A stretch of 64,000 bases of DNA from Nitrososphaerota archaeon (lineage in GTDB: Archaea; Thermoproteota; Nitrososphaeria_A; Caldarchaeales; Caldarchaeaceae): assembly GCA_041641305.1 (NCBI GenBank), contig JBEPYN010000001.1, positions 640,001 to 704,000 on the forward strand, written 5' to 3'. Below are positions 37,073 through 47,313 of the stretch, piece after piece (positions within the stretch are counted from its first letter, which is position 1; every line of letters begins with the position of its first letter). The notes beneath the pieces were generated by a model. The model was not told where the DNA came from and searched no databases. It saw nothing but the letters and a program-made list of their open reading frames with translations. Both the position numbers and the translations under genes were made by a program.

Positions 37073-37330
37073 ATGGATGAAGAAAAGCGGTTTTCGAAAA
37101 AAGGTTGGCTGAGCCAGACGCCTGAGGGTGATTTGCTTCTTGTCAACGAGGACGGAGAAGCCTACAAGGTTAACGAAGCTGTGATAGCTGTGTGGAACCT
37201 GTTTGAGAACAAGACTGTTTCCGATGTTGTGGGCGAGGTTGCGGAGCAGGTGAACCGCGACCCAGCCGAGTTGAAGGAAGCAATTGAGCAGCTTGCCGCG
37301 AAGCTTGTCGAAGCAGGGCTTATAGGCTAA
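37073..37330 (+). CDS. PqqD-like / RiPP recognition element small protein
   Basis: Three strands (GDLLLVNEDGEAYKVNE) then AVWNLF..KTV..V..VAE, then L...L.EAGLI: the beta3-alpha3 PqqD pattern. Confidence 0.72.
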   Translation: MDEEKRFSKKGWLSQTPEGDLLLVNEDGEAYKVNEAVIAVWNLFENKTVSDVVGEVAEQVNRDPAELKEAIEQLAAKLVEAGLIG

Positions 37331-37332
37331 GG

Positions 37333-39090
37333 CTATAGAAGAAGCGTCGCCAACATGATCGACAGCAACGGTACGGCGAGGGCGGCTACCCTGTAGACTC
37401 TCACCCCGAATGAGACCGCCTGCGACACCACGTCGAGGAAATCGCTGAAAACTTTCACGTTTTCCAGCGTGACTGTTTTGTGGGCTGCGGCGGCGTCTGC
37501 GAGGTCTTCGGCCGCCCGTTTATGCAGCTCGTCGAAAAGGGTGGCGAGTTTCTCGGGGGGGATAGCTTCGCCGAGTGGATGGTATCCTCTGCCGCCGAGG
37601 GAGACCGCGTTGACCATGTGTGTGTCGGTTGTGCACAGCTCGGTGTCCACGCATCCGTTTTCGCTCGCGACCTGCTGTAGAACATTCCTAACCCAAGGCA
37701 TGGCGTTGTTGGCGTCGGCCACAACCAGCGAGGTTTTCACACCATTCACCTCGAACAAGATGCATGATATCCCGCCTGCACCCACTCCATCGCTTGGCCC
37801 AATATCCGATGGAACCGCGCGAGCGTATCCGATGCGTATTTTTGACAAGGGGCTTGGACTCTGTTCAGAGGAATTTGTGAGAAACGTTCTTATTTTTTCT
37901 ATTGTTGTGTTGTCGAGGTTTTTCAGGTTGTCGCTGAAGCTGTTGTGCGAGTCGACGACTATTTTTTTGCTTGTGTGATGAGGTGGGAGCACTTCGGGTG
38001 GCAGGTCCTCCATCGGCTGTGGATGGAGTGTGAGGATTACCATCTCTTTGTCGGCGATGTTGACGGTGAGGCTGCTGACGCCGTCGAAGTTTGTGCGCCA
38101 CAGTCCACTGGCTTCCGTGAAGTATGCGCCGTTTTTCTCAAGCCGCTTGGCTTCTTCGGCGATTGTCTCGGCAACCTTCTCCGAAAGCTCTATGTTTGCG
38201 AGGTTTTTCTCATGGCTCGACAATCCCTTCAACACGATTGGCTGAAACCCTTTTTCTGCCAGCTTGTTCTGCAGAATTGCGGGAAACATGCTTGAGCCAA
38301 CCGCTCTAAACGGTCCCGGATGAATGTCCGAGACGACGAGTGCTACAGAAGGTTTCCCCACACGCCTCAACACGAACAACTCGCATCCGACACGGTCCTC
38401 GTTTCCCAGCCTCATCATCAACTCCTCAAGCTCTCTCGAGTGGCCCGAGAGAAGGCTTGCGAGAAATGCTTGAAGAAGCCTGAAGGGCCTGATGCCCTGA
38501 ATAGGCTTGGACAGGTCTATCAGGTGGCGGACAATTTCGAGAGAAACCACGCCTACTAAGAAGCTTGTAAGAGATATTTGGATGGCTTTGGACCAGTTGG
38601 CGAGAAAGGCCTGAAGCGTTAGCAGGTTGAGCAGCATGGGCGGTGTCGACAGCAGAGCGGCCAGAAGCGGAGTTATTCTGAAGCCGATGGCTCTTCTAAC
38701 CGAGTAGCTGAGGAAAACCGAGGAGGCCGCCGATGCGGCGAGGACCGCGACAGCTGCGGCAAGGTTGACCCATCTCAGGGGAGCGGATAACAGTATGCCC
38801 GCGAAAACGACACCCGTCTCCACGACCGAGAGCGAGTCGAGGCGGCGGCTCGTGTAGTTTGGGGATTTTCTTCCCAAGAATGCGGCTACAACCCTGTTTA
38901 GAAGAAGCGTCGAGGCGAGAACAGCTGCGAAAAATGCTGCAGAGATGAAAACATCCGCCGAATAAAGGTAGATTATCACAGTTGAGATGCTGGCCATGAC
39001 AAGCAGAGCCTCCAGCGAGGCTGCGCCCCCGTAAAACCCTTTGATGAGCCTGTATCTCTCGGCTATGTTACCTGCGGCGCTGCTCACCAT
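37333..39090 (-). CDS. DUF2070 family membrane protein
   Basis: N-terminal TM block; IHPGPF..VGSS, H..N, EDLP, VDSHNS, DANN, TTDTH. Confidence 0.85.
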   Translation of the reverse strand: MVSSAAGNIAERYRLIKGFYGGAASLEALLVMASISTVIIYLYSADVFISAAFFAAVLASTLLLNRVVAAFLGRKSPNYTSRRLDSLSVVETGVVFAGILLSAPLRWVNLAAAVAVLAASAASSVFLSYSVRRAIGFRITPLLAALLSTPPMLLNLLTLQAFLANWSKAIQISLTSFLVGVVSLEIVRHLIDLSKPIQGIRPFRLLQAFLASLLSGHSRELEELMMRLGNEDRVGCELFVLRRVGKPSVALVVSDIHPGPFRAVGSSMFPAILQNKLAEKGFQPIVLKGLSSHEKNLANIELSEKVAETIAEEAKRLEKNGAYFTEASGLWRTNFDGVSSLTVNIADKEMVILTLHPQPMEDLPPEVLPPHHTSKKIVVDSHNSFSDNLKNLDNTTIEKIRTFLTNSSEQSPSPLSKIRIGYARAVPSDIGPSDGVGAGGISCILFEVNGVKTSLVVADANNAMPWVRNVLQQVASENGCVDTELCTTDTHMVNAVSLGGRGYHPLGEAIPPEKLATLFDELHKRAAEDLADAAAAHKTVTLENVKVFSDFLDVVSQAVSFGVRVYRVAALAVPLLSIMLATLLL

Positions 39091-39163
39091 CTTAGCCCAT
39101 GTGCCGTAAACTAGTTAAAAGAGTTAGTGCGCAGGCTTATATGCAGGGTTTTGGTTTTCTGGG

Positions 39164-40120
39164 TTGTTGCTTCGGCCGGGGAGAGACGGCGGAGTTGTGC
39201 TGTCTGTCAACGGGTTTTCGGCGGCTTTCGACACTCGTCCTCAGAAAGGCCTCGGCTTTGTTTCGCACGCTCACTCGGATCACGTGGCCACCGGCCGAAA
39301 CATCATCGCGACCCGTGAAACTATATCTCTGATTAGGAAAGTCTGGCAGATACCTGCGGGCTACAGACCCATACGCTACCGCGAAGCCATCCGCCTAAGC
39401 GACTCGGTCTCTGTTCAGGCGTTTAACTCGGGTCACGTGCTTGGGTCGGCCATGTTCAGGCTCGACGTCGGCGGCGAAACTCTCGTCTACACAGGGGACA
39501 TAAACACCGTCCAAACCCTGACCACCATTCCCGCAGAACCGGTTGACGCCGACATACTCGTCATCGAGACAACCTACGGCCACCCCGACTACGTTTTTCC
39601 GCCGAGACACGAGACCATGGCATGGATATTGAAATGGGTCTCCAAAACACTTGCGGAAGGCGATTTACCCGCTTTCAAGGCCTATTCCATCGGCAAGTCA
39701 CAGGAGCTTATCAAGCTCTTCAACACCTACACAAGCTTGCCCGTAGTGGTTGGAAAAACCGTGGCAAACGCTTCAAATACCTATGTAGAAAACGGTGTCA
39801 AGCTGGATTTCATGCGTTCGGGGACAAGGGAGGCGGTGGAGGTGCTTGGCGGAGGAGAAGCGGTTTACATAGATAGTCAGGCGAGGGGCGTGCCCGTGCA
39901 CAGACGGGTCAGGTGGGCTACAGTTACCGGCTGGGCTGTCAGGGGATGCCCCGAAGGGTTTGACGCAGCTTTTCCGCTCAGCAGCCACGCCGACTACCGA
40001 GGCCTCCTAAACTACGTCGAAGAAAACAGGCCCAAGAAAGTTTACACCATCCACGGCTTCTCCCAACTCTTTGCGAACATGCTGCGGCGACAAGGATTCG
40101 ACGCGACACCTTTCACATGA
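39164..40120 (+). CDS. MBL-fold/beta-CASP nuclease-like protein
   Basis: SHAHSDH, SGHVLGS, YTGD, ETTYG.P, YSIGKSQE, LSSHAD, TIHG. Confidence 0.88.
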   Translation: MLLRPGRDGGVVLSVNGFSAAFDTRPQKGLGFVSHAHSDHVATGRNIIATRETISLIRKVWQIPAGYRPIRYREAIRLSDSVSVQAFNSGHVLGSAMFRLDVGGETLVYTGDINTVQTLTTIPAEPVDADILVIETTYGHPDYVFPPRHETMAWILKWVSKTLAEGDLPAFKAYSIGKSQELIKLFNTYTSLPVVVGKTVANASNTYVENGVKLDFMRSGTREAVEVLGGGEAVYIDSQARGVPVHRRVRWATVTGWAVRGCPEGFDAAFPLSSHADYRGLLNYVEENRPKKVYTIHGFSQLFANMLRRQGFDATPFT

Positions 40121-40150
40121 TGAAAACTTAAAATCAGCCAATCATCTTCT

Positions 40151-40330
40151 ATGGCTGGGTTGAGCTCAAAGAAACGTAAGGAGGCCCCTATGCCGGCCAC
40201 CGCCGCGGGGCTGCTGCGGTTTTTCGAAGACGAGTCGACGGGGGTTAAGGTGAGGCCCGAGATTGTTTTGGGCGCCTCGGCCGCGTTGATAGCCGCGGTG
40301 CTGATACTGAGGGCCCTGTTCCCGATTTAG
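40151..40330 (+). CDS. secG: Preprotein translocase subunit Sec61beta (SecG)
   Basis: 59-aa ORF absent from the track: MAGLSSKKRKEAPMPATAAGLLRFFEDESTGVKVRPEIV + one TM. Confidence 0.9.
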   Translation: MAGLSSKKRKEAPMPATAAGLLRFFEDESTGVKVRPEIVLGASAALIAAVLILRALFPI

Positions 40331-40593
40331 CCCACAGCCTCCTCTATCGACGCCTGCCCAACGCCCGTAAGCCTCCACCGAACACCACGGCCTCTGCCCC
40401 TTTTCTCAACAACCCTGTCACGCCTAAGCCTCTTGAGATGATGGCGGACAACATGCAGCGGAAGACCTGTTTTTCTACTGATTTCCATGGTTGAGCATTC
40501 GCCTTCCTCGAGGGCTGTTATAATTTTCGACCGTGCCTCAAGTCCTTTTCTCACGTTCTTGACCGATGTGAGATAGGCGCGAGGGTTTATCAT
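40327..40593 (-). CDS. ArsR-like winged-helix protein
   Basis: RSKIITAL...STMEISRKTGL..HVVRHHLKRL...VV...WRLT. Confidence 0.8.
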   Translation of the reverse strand: MINPRAYLTSVKNVRKGLEARSKIITALEEGECSTMEISRKTGLPLHVVRHHLKRLRRDRVVEKRGRGRGVRWRLTGVGQASIEEAVG

Positions 40594-40595
40594 AT

Positions 40596-43500
40596 CTACT
40601 CAGCTGCGAAGGCTTCGAGCCTCGTCTGGACAGCTTTCTCCACGGGCTTCTTCGTGGGTGTGAAGAGGTCGACGACGTTCTCCACCGCCGAGAGCGTTCT
40701 TTCGATGAGGTATGTGTTTCTGATGTTTTTCTCCGCCATCTGCTTCGCGAGTTCGATGTATTTCTCGACGTTTCCGCGGAAAACAGTCAGCGACAAATCG
40801 GTTTGACAGCTTGGACACTTCCCCGTCAAAGGCAGCCGCCGGAATTTTTTGTTACATTTCTTGCAGCGGAAACTCTGAACCATGAAGGCTTTCACGTTTC
40901 CCAGGATGTCGGGGAGAATGTGTGAGGATACTATGCTGTCGACGAGGCCCGCGTCACGCACACCGTCGAGGCTATCCATCAAGGCAAGCTGCCCCGCAAT
41001 CTTCTCAAACATGGATTCGAGTGATTTGTATGCTGAGACGATGTCGGGAACGGTTAACATGGTCTGTGGATGGGTGTACATGGTCCCTGTTCCTCCATAG
41101 CCTGCGGCGAGGTCGTCCCCCAGGATACGAACAAGCGGCCTGTATTCGCTTCCCTTGGCTCTGCGTAGAGACAGCTGATAAAACTCGACGGGGATGCTGC
41201 TCCACACGTCGACGTTGTGCGCCTGCTCGTCAACATCCTCTGGATACACTATCCGTGTCACGAGAAGAGGTGTATCCATTTTTCCTCCTATGCGGTCAGG
41301 TATGTAGAAGCGTGAAAAGTTCATCAAAACATCTGCGAGCAGCATTATGCTGTCCTCGTCTCCGTCGCAGTCGCGGCGTTTGGCTGCGTGGAAAACCGGG
41401 TGAGCGAAGTTGAGGTCCGCGTCCAGCATCCCTATCACACGTGCTACGACTCCTACGTATGTGTGTGGCGAAAGGCCTACAACAAGTTGTCCTATGAGGT
41501 CTCCGACGTCCCGTAGGTTGTAGAGTTTTTCGAGGCCTGCGTGTTTGAGGAGGTCGTCGATGTAGCGTGAAACTTTGACAAGATGCTCGGCAGCTTTTCT
41601 GCTGAGGATGATGTCTTGAGGCTTCAGCTCGAGGACCTGTTCATCGGATGCGAGCGGGTTTCCAAACACGTCATGGAGATAGCCGAGGCTGCGCAGCCTC
41701 TCTACAGAGACACCTATCTGGCGAGGCGTGAAATGGGTCAGCGGCGCGTTGGTCGCGTCAAACCTTACGGTGCCATCCTTGTACACGTAGAGACCGTACC
41801 GCGCCCGCAGCAAACCCTTCAAGAAGCTTTCAGGAGCCTTCACACGGCTCGTCAACCCCTTCACACCGCTCAGCCGAGGAGGCGCAGACTCGCCGATTAT
41901 CTGCAGAGCCGAGGAAAGCTCAGCCCGAAGATCCACCTGCTGCTTAGCCGAGAAAACGACTTCTCCCCCGCATTTGTCGCAGCTGTCCACCAGCTCGGTG
42001 AACTGTTTTCTACATGTTCTGCATACGCCGTAGAGGGTGGTGTATGAGCCGCATTCGCCGCATGTTTCTCTCCAGCCTATTTTGCCGCAGTTTATGCAGA
42101 TGCGTGTGACGAGCTCGACCGTGACGATGCTGGTTTTGGCGGAAACTATGTCTCGTGTGGCTCCGCCCGCGAGACCGATTGGGAAGAGGAAGTGGACGGC
42201 GGGGCTTGTTTTACGTGGCCCTGCTTTCTCAGGCCTCCCCATCCTCGCAGTCAGGCTCGACCCCCGTTTATCACGCACCTCCACACCCGATATTCTGCGG
42301 ATAAACATCAGCGGGTCCTCGTCAGCTGAGGGCTCAAACTCTTCATCGGGCCTTAGCAGCGTGGTCAGGACAAGGTGGTCGTCCTCGGAGATGATGATTT
42401 TTCCATCGATTATCCGGTGCTCTAGGAGGATGGCTTCGAGTATCTGTTTTATTTCTGGGCTGAGGCTGTAGATGTGGTGTTGGTTGCCTGTTTTTAGCCA
42501 TGTTCTCAGCTGGTTGATTTGCTGTGTTGTGATGTTTGTCCAGAAGTGTAGGTGGCTTGGGTGTAGTGGGACGCCTGTGTTGACGCTTAATGCGAGCGCT
42601 TCATTGGCTGTTGGCTTGGCAGTGAAGGGGTTTCCGGCAAAAAGTTTGAGACGCTTCAGCGGTATGCCTGTTTTCTCAGCGACCTTCTCCAACCCATGCG
42701 AAGCAACCATGTTGAGATAATCTTTCTGCCACCATTCTTCACAGTAGCCCGCGGGCCTCAGCTCAACGTTGTTCTCTACACAGTCGCCCACCGAGACAAG
42801 GATGTCGCCGAGGAAAAGCACCCTATCAATCGAGTCGGCTACTTTTCTGTAGGTTTCCTCGGATGTTAGCTTGACCACGTCTCCGCCACGTGTCCTGACG
42901 ACGGGGGGCTCGATGACGTCGACTGGTGTGACTATTCCCCCTTTTCCGGGAAAGTCAGTCTTGAGCTGGGTGCCTGTCACGATGTATCCTTTTAGGACCC
43001 GCATCGTCAGCGGATGTATGCCGTATGCGGCCATTCCTGTGGCGAAGGCGCGGCCATACCTTATCCTGAAGCCCCCGAACCTGTCAGCCAAGGAAAGAAC
43101 AGGTCTCCCACCTATTACTTCGAGGGAGCCCTCCTCACCGTTTTCCTCTTTCTTGACAGATGCTTTGGCCAGCTCCTCTATCCAGTCCCATCCCGACATC
43201 TTCATCGAGCGGACTGTGTTCAAAACCTTCTTGGCTCGGCCGACTATGCCGTCGTTTACAACTCTGAGAGCGCCGCCGCGTAGATAATTTGTCTCGATGC
43301 GTTCAAGGTCGCGGAAAGAGGGGACAGGTATCTCATCCGTTGCTACGCCGCTTATCTCGACAGGTGTCATCCGGTAAGCGTAGGCAATCAGCTTATCGGG
43401 CACGCTGTACTGGAACCTGCCAACATGTCTTATGTAGGTGCGGAGCTCTTCCACAAATCGTTTAACCTCTTCCTCACGGGCCTTGAACCTGTCAAGCCCC

Positions 43501-43994
43501 AGCAGCCTACGCACATAGTCGGCGAGCACGACGACGCTGGCGAGCTCTGTGCCGCCCGCTGCTCTAATCGGGCCAGCGAAATAGACTGCGAGATAACGTG
43601 TTCCGTCGTCGTTTTCCTTTATGCGTACGTGTGAAATTCCCTCGGAGGGGGCTGCGGTGATGCATGGAGGAGTTAGGACCGCGAGGGCTGTGCAGACGGC
43701 TTGGTGGATGACTTTTTCCTCCGACTCTGCTCCGAGGCTTGAGTACACGATTTCTTCGCAGAGTTTAAACGCTAGCTCTATTCCCGAGAGCTTCTCCCTA
43801 AGCCGTCTAATTTTCTCAGCCACACCACTTGGCCCCACCAAGAGCTCAACACGTTCCTCCATCCTGTCCGCGAAAACCGTCTCAACAAAAGGCAGAGGAG
43901 CGTGCGTCTTCTCCCTGTAAGCCGAGGCAACCCCGTAAACACGCTCAACCTCTCTCAGAATAGCGCTCCTATACTCCTCTAAACCCGGGTCCAA
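40596..43994 (-). CDS. polC: DNA polymerase D large subunit (DP2)
   Basis: YFAGPIRAAGGT, GGFRIRYGR, RMGRPEKA, KDGTVRFD, HAAKRRDCDGDED, C-terminal CKKC..CPSC; no intein evident. Confidence 0.96.
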   Translation of the reverse strand: MDPGLEEYRSAILREVERVYGVASAYREKTHAPLPFVETVFADRMEERVELLVGPSGVAEKIRRLREKLSGIELAFKLCEEIVYSSLGAESEEKVIHQAVCTALAVLTPPCITAAPSEGISHVRIKENDDGTRYLAVYFAGPIRAAGGTELASVVVLADYVRRLLGLDRFKAREEEVKRFVEELRTYIRHVGRFQYSVPDKLIAYAYRMTPVEISGVATDEIPVPSFRDLERIETNYLRGGALRVVNDGIVGRAKKVLNTVRSMKMSGWDWIEELAKASVKKEENGEEGSLEVIGGRPVLSLADRFGGFRIRYGRAFATGMAAYGIHPLTMRVLKGYIVTGTQLKTDFPGKGGIVTPVDVIEPPVVRTRGGDVVKLTSEETYRKVADSIDRVLFLGDILVSVGDCVENNVELRPAGYCEEWWQKDYLNMVASHGLEKVAEKTGIPLKRLKLFAGNPFTAKPTANEALALSVNTGVPLHPSHLHFWTNITTQQINQLRTWLKTGNQHHIYSLSPEIKQILEAILLEHRIIDGKIIISEDDHLVLTTLLRPDEEFEPSADEDPLMFIRRISGVEVRDKRGSSLTARMGRPEKAGPRKTSPAVHFLFPIGLAGGATRDIVSAKTSIVTVELVTRICINCGKIGWRETCGECGSYTTLYGVCRTCRKQFTELVDSCDKCGGEVVFSAKQQVDLRAELSSALQIIGESAPPRLSGVKGLTSRVKAPESFLKGLLRARYGLYVYKDGTVRFDATNAPLTHFTPRQIGVSVERLRSLGYLHDVFGNPLASDEQVLELKPQDIILSRKAAEHLVKVSRYIDDLLKHAGLEKLYNLRDVGDLIGQLVVGLSPHTYVGVVARVIGMLDADLNFAHPVFHAAKRRDCDGDEDSIMLLADVLMNFSRFYIPDRIGGKMDTPLLVTRIVYPEDVDEQAHNVDVWSSIPVEFYQLSLRRAKGSEYRPLVRILGDDLAAGYGGTGTMYTHPQTMLTVPDIVSAYKSLESMFEKIAGQLALMDSLDGVRDAGLVDSIVSSHILPDILGNVKAFMVQSFRCKKCNKKFRRLPLTGKCPSCQTDLSLTVFRGNVEKYIELAKQMAEKNIRNTYLIERTLSAVENVVDLFTPTKKPVEKAVQTRLEAFAAE

Positions 43995-44033
43995 CCCTGT
44001 GGAGGCTTATGGCCTACGCGGCTTAAAAAGAGT

Positions 44034-44807
44034 TTAGATATCGGCCAAAGTTTTACCAACGCTCGGCTGCGTCTGGAGAGACCTGAGGTATTCGTCGAAG
44101 GGCTGCCGTATCACGATGCCTTTCTCAGGCTCTATGGTGAATACATACATGGTGGAGTCCATGCTGCTCCACCTCATTTTCCTCACGTAGATTGTGCGGA
44201 CGAGGCTGCCGCCAATCTGCTTCACGCCGAGCACTATGACCCCCGATGCGAGAAACTCCTCCAGCATGAACCTGCTCATTTTCTTGGAGCCCGTGGGTAT
44301 GTCTGTCGTCATCAGAGTTGTGACGCCGAACCTCTCCTCAATCATGGTGATGATTTCGCGTAGGTATTCTCGGACGTAGAACTCGTCCTTGGCTCCCTGA
44401 GCGAGGGCTGAGACGGGGTCGAGAACAAGCCTCGTGAATCTGCGGCCCCTTGTCGCGTTGTAGATGGCGTCGACGAATGCTCTGCTCTCTTTGCCGTATT
44501 TCCGTGCCTCGGCGGCGTAGAGCCTCAGCTCAAGCGGTATGAAGCGCCCAGCCTCCATGAAGGCCCAGAAATTCCAGCCAAGCGACTCCGCTCCACGCAA
44601 AACTCCTTCAACCCTCTCGTCGATGGTGACATAGACGCATGTCTCGTTTTGCGTCAGCCCGTTGAGGAGAAACTGCAGAGAGAGAATGGTTTTCCCTACT
44701 CCCGTTTCACCCGTTACCAGATATGTTCTACCACGTATGAGGCCTCCGCCGAGCATCTTGTCAAGCCGTGGGTTGCCCGTCGAAAGCCTCTCATCAAGCT
44801 CAGCCAT
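44034..44807 (-). CDS. KaiC-like single-domain RecA-superfamily ATPase (RAD55 type)
   Basis: STGNPRLD.MLGGG, GETGVGKT, RLVLDPV, EEFLASGVI, VRKMRWS. Confidence 0.9.
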   Translation of the reverse strand: MAELDERLSTGNPRLDKMLGGGLIRGRTYLVTGETGVGKTILSLQFLLNGLTQNETCVYVTIDERVEGVLRGAESLGWNFWAFMEAGRFIPLELRLYAAEARKYGKESRAFVDAIYNATRGRRFTRLVLDPVSALAQGAKDEFYVREYLREIITMIEERFGVTTLMTTDIPTGSKKMSRFMLEEFLASGVIVLGVKQIGGSLVRTIYVRKMRWSSMDSTMYVFTIEPEKGIVIRQPFDEYLRSLQTQPSVGKTLADI

Positions 44808-44864
44808 GTAAAACATCCATCAACACCCTCATATATATCTGCAAAGTCGCACACAGGCTTTACA

Positions 44865-45794
44865 TTATTCGAGCACAACCCCTCGCGCCAAAAGCGCGGC
44901 AACAGCCTCTACAGCAGCTATTCCCAGCCCATCTACGCCCAGTTTTTCACGTCCATAGGATGGGTCTACACAGCCTGCCCCAAAGAGTGCCTTGGCCGCT
45001 TGGCGGAATTTTTGGAATGCTTGTCGGTAGGCTTGAGCGTCTGCGAGGACCATGGCTCCGTAGAATCCGAGGTCTGATATTGATGCGACAACGAGGTGTG
45101 TGGCCGTTGTCGAGGATGCTATGCCTCCGTTGCAAGGGCAACTGCAAACCGCTCCATGTGGAACATGCGTCTCGACAGCGTCTCTTATCAATCCCATGCC
45201 AGCCTCGTTGCCGCCATCGCCAAAAGCTATGAAGGTTCTGCCCGAGTTGCTGAGTTTCTCGAAAAACTTGTCAAGAGGCGCCGTGTAGGATGTGATGTTT
45301 TCTCCTACGCTGTTATGATATTGGCCGTGTTTGTTTGCACCGGGCCTCTCCACGGCGACCAATATGTCGGCCCCGGTCTCCTCAACAAGCCGCGTCACAG
45401 CTTCTTCTCCGACGTCATGTGGCACACTTTTTACCATCGACAACCTTGCCCCAGCGGCCCTCAGCCCCGTCTCCGCAACAGTCTCAAATCCCTCATCCAC
45501 GAGAAGCACAGCCTGTCCACCTCTCTCCTCAACCCATCTCCCGAAAATCACCGAAGACAAGAGGCCGTCGGATTCCGGTGCCCCGCCAAACCTGAGAATT
45601 GGAAACCCCGCAGCAACAACGGCAACCCTCGCATCACTCAAAAGCTCAGCAGCCCTTCCACACAGAGGCTCATCCACCAATTTTCTCGCAGCCGCATACA
45701 GGCTCTTCACCACCCCTCTTCCAACATAGTCAACCGTCACAACCCTGTCAACAAACTCCGCCGCATCCAACCCATAAATCACACCAACACCCAC
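44865..45794 (-). CDS. DUF4392 / D-glutamate cyclase-like domain protein
   Basis: AGFP...ESDG, VAVERPG.N..G.YHN..G, GDGGNEAGMG, CSCPCNGG, SISDLG. Confidence 0.8.
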   Translation of the reverse strand: MGVGVIYGLDAAEFVDRVVTVDYVGRGVVKSLYAAARKLVDEPLCGRAAELLSDARVAVVAAGFPILRFGGAPESDGLLSSVIFGRWVEERGGQAVLLVDEGFETVAETGLRAAGARLSMVKSVPHDVGEEAVTRLVEETGADILVAVERPGANKHGQYHNSVGENITSYTAPLDKFFEKLSNSGRTFIAFGDGGNEAGMGLIRDAVETHVPHGAVCSCPCNGGIASSTTATHLVVASISDLGFYGAMVLADAQAYRQAFQKFRQAAKALFGAGCVDPSYGREKLGVDGLGIAAVEAVAALLARGVVLE

Positions 45795-45803
45795 CCCATA
45801 TGA

Positions 45804-46541
45804 ATGTTCCAGCTATACGCCGGCGTGGACATTCTCGAGGGGAAGGTGGCGCGGCTAATCAGAGGCCGTGTAGAGGATGCCGTGTTTTACCCGGGGTCGC
45901 CTACCGAGTATGTGAGGAGGTGGCTGGATGATGGGGCTGACTGGGTTCACGTGGTTGACCTTGACGCCGCCCTCGAGAGAGGGGACAACACAGCTCTCCT
46001 GCGGCAGGTCGCCGAGGCCGCGTTAGGCCGTGTCCAAGCAGGCGGCGGAGTAAGATCCGTAGCCAAGGCCCTCGACCTCGTCGACGCAGGCGTCTCGAGA
46101 ATCGTCATATCAAGCCTCTACTTCAGCAGGCGCGAAGATGCTTTGATGCTTCTCGGAAGCCTCGGCGCTGAGAAGCTGTGTGTAGCCCTTGATTTTGACG
46201 AGGTGGGGATGGTTGTTACACGTGGGTGGCGGGAGCGGACGCGGCTGCGTCTCCAAGATGCTGTGGAGCAGGTTTTGTCGGACGGGTTTAGACATGTTTT
46301 GGCCACGGACGTCGCGGCCGATGGAACACTCGCGGGGACAAACCTCACAGTCCTCGCAACAGTCGACGAGGAGCTGAGACATCACATGGTTGTGGGCGGC
46401 GGCGTATCATCGGTCAGAGACCTTCTCCTCCTTAGGGACAGCGGCTTCGCGGGAGCTGTTGTGGGCAAAGCACTTTACGAGAACCGTCTCAGCCTAAGAG
46501 AAGCCGTGGATACTTTAAAGCATCGACAGACTGGTAGGTGA
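45804..46541 (+). CDS. hisA: ProFAR isomerase HisA
   Basis: VDILEGKVARL, HVVDLDAA, QAGGGVRS, TRGW, TDVAADGTLAG, GGGVSS, VGKALY. Confidence 0.93.
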   Translation: MFQLYAGVDILEGKVARLIRGRVEDAVFYPGSPTEYVRRWLDDGADWVHVVDLDAALERGDNTALLRQVAEAALGRVQAGGGVRSVAKALDLVDAGVSRIVISSLYFSRREDALMLLGSLGAEKLCVALDFDEVGMVVTRGWRERTRLRLQDAVEQVLSDGFRHVLATDVAADGTLAGTNLTVLATVDEELRHHMVVGGGVSSVRDLLLLRDSGFAGAVVGKALYENRLSLREAVDTLKHRQTGR

Positions 46542-46548
46542 GCTGGAG

Positions 46549-47313
46549 TTGGTGGCTAAGCGGATAATTCCATGCCTCGACGTCGACAACGGCAGAGTGG
46601 TGAAGGGGCGGAGGTTTGTCGACCTCCGCGAAGCCGGCGACCCCGCGAAACTGGCCGCAAGCTATTCCGAGCAAGGAGCTGATGAGCTTGTCTTCCTCGA
46701 CATCTCAGCATCGCGGCAGAACCGCGACATACTTGTCAACGTGGTGCGAAGCGTGGCCGAGGTGATAAACATTCCCTTCACCGTCGGAGGCGGAATAAGA
46801 ACCATATCAGACGCAGACACAGTCCTCCGCAACGGAGCCGACAAAGTCTCCATAAACACCGCAGCCGTCAAAGACAACACCCTCATCAAAAGACTCTCCG
46901 AAACATATGGCGCCCAGTGCGTCGTCGTCGCCATCGACGCAAAAAAGAGCAACATGATGCCGAGCGGGTATGAGGTCTACATCTATGGCGGCACGTCTCC
47001 CACGGGGTTGGATGCTGTCGAATGGGCTAGGAAGGCTTCTGAGCTTGGGGCGGGTGAGATTCTTTTGACGAGCATCGACATGGATGGGACGGAGAACGGC
47101 TACGACATCGAGTTGACGAAGAGGGTTGCCGAGGCGGTTGATGTCCCTGTTATAGCGAGCGGCGGCGCAGGCTCTCCCGCGCATATCTACAGGGTTTTAT
47201 CCGAGGCGGGTGCTGACGCGGCCCTCGCAGCCTCGATTTTCCACTTCGGCGTATACACGGTTGCTGATGTTAAGAGGTTTCTGCGAGAACGTGGTGTTGA
47301 GGTGAGGCTATGA
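46549..47313 (+). CDS. hisF: Imidazole glycerol phosphate synthase cyclase subunit
   Basis: [55 protein letters not shown]. Confidence 0.97.
   Translation: MVAKRIIPCLDVDNGRVVKGRRFVDLREAGDPAKLAASYSEQGADELVFLDISASRQNRDILVNVVRSVAEVINIPFTVGGGIRTISDADTVLRNGADKVSINTAAVKDNTLIKRLSETYGAQCVVVAIDAKKSNMMPSGYEVYIYGGTSPTGLDAVEWARKASELGAGEILLTSIDMDGTENGYDIELTKRVAEAVDVPVIASGGAGSPAHIYRVLSEAGADAALAASIFHFGVYTVADVKRFLRERGVEVRL

Noticed and set aside
13590-37330. A single RiPP cluster joining SagB-like, E1-like and PqqD-like genes
   Set aside because: The genes are 4-19 kb apart among housekeeping genes, with no precursor or YcaO; kept as separate observations
40596-43994. Intein in PolD DP2 (also checked for RNAP subunits)
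   Set aside because: Lengths are normal; no C/S...HN splice or LAGLIDADG motifs noticed
45096-45803. 235-aa plus-strand ORF
   Set aside because: Shadow of the DUF4392 gene; low-complexity translation caused by A+C skew
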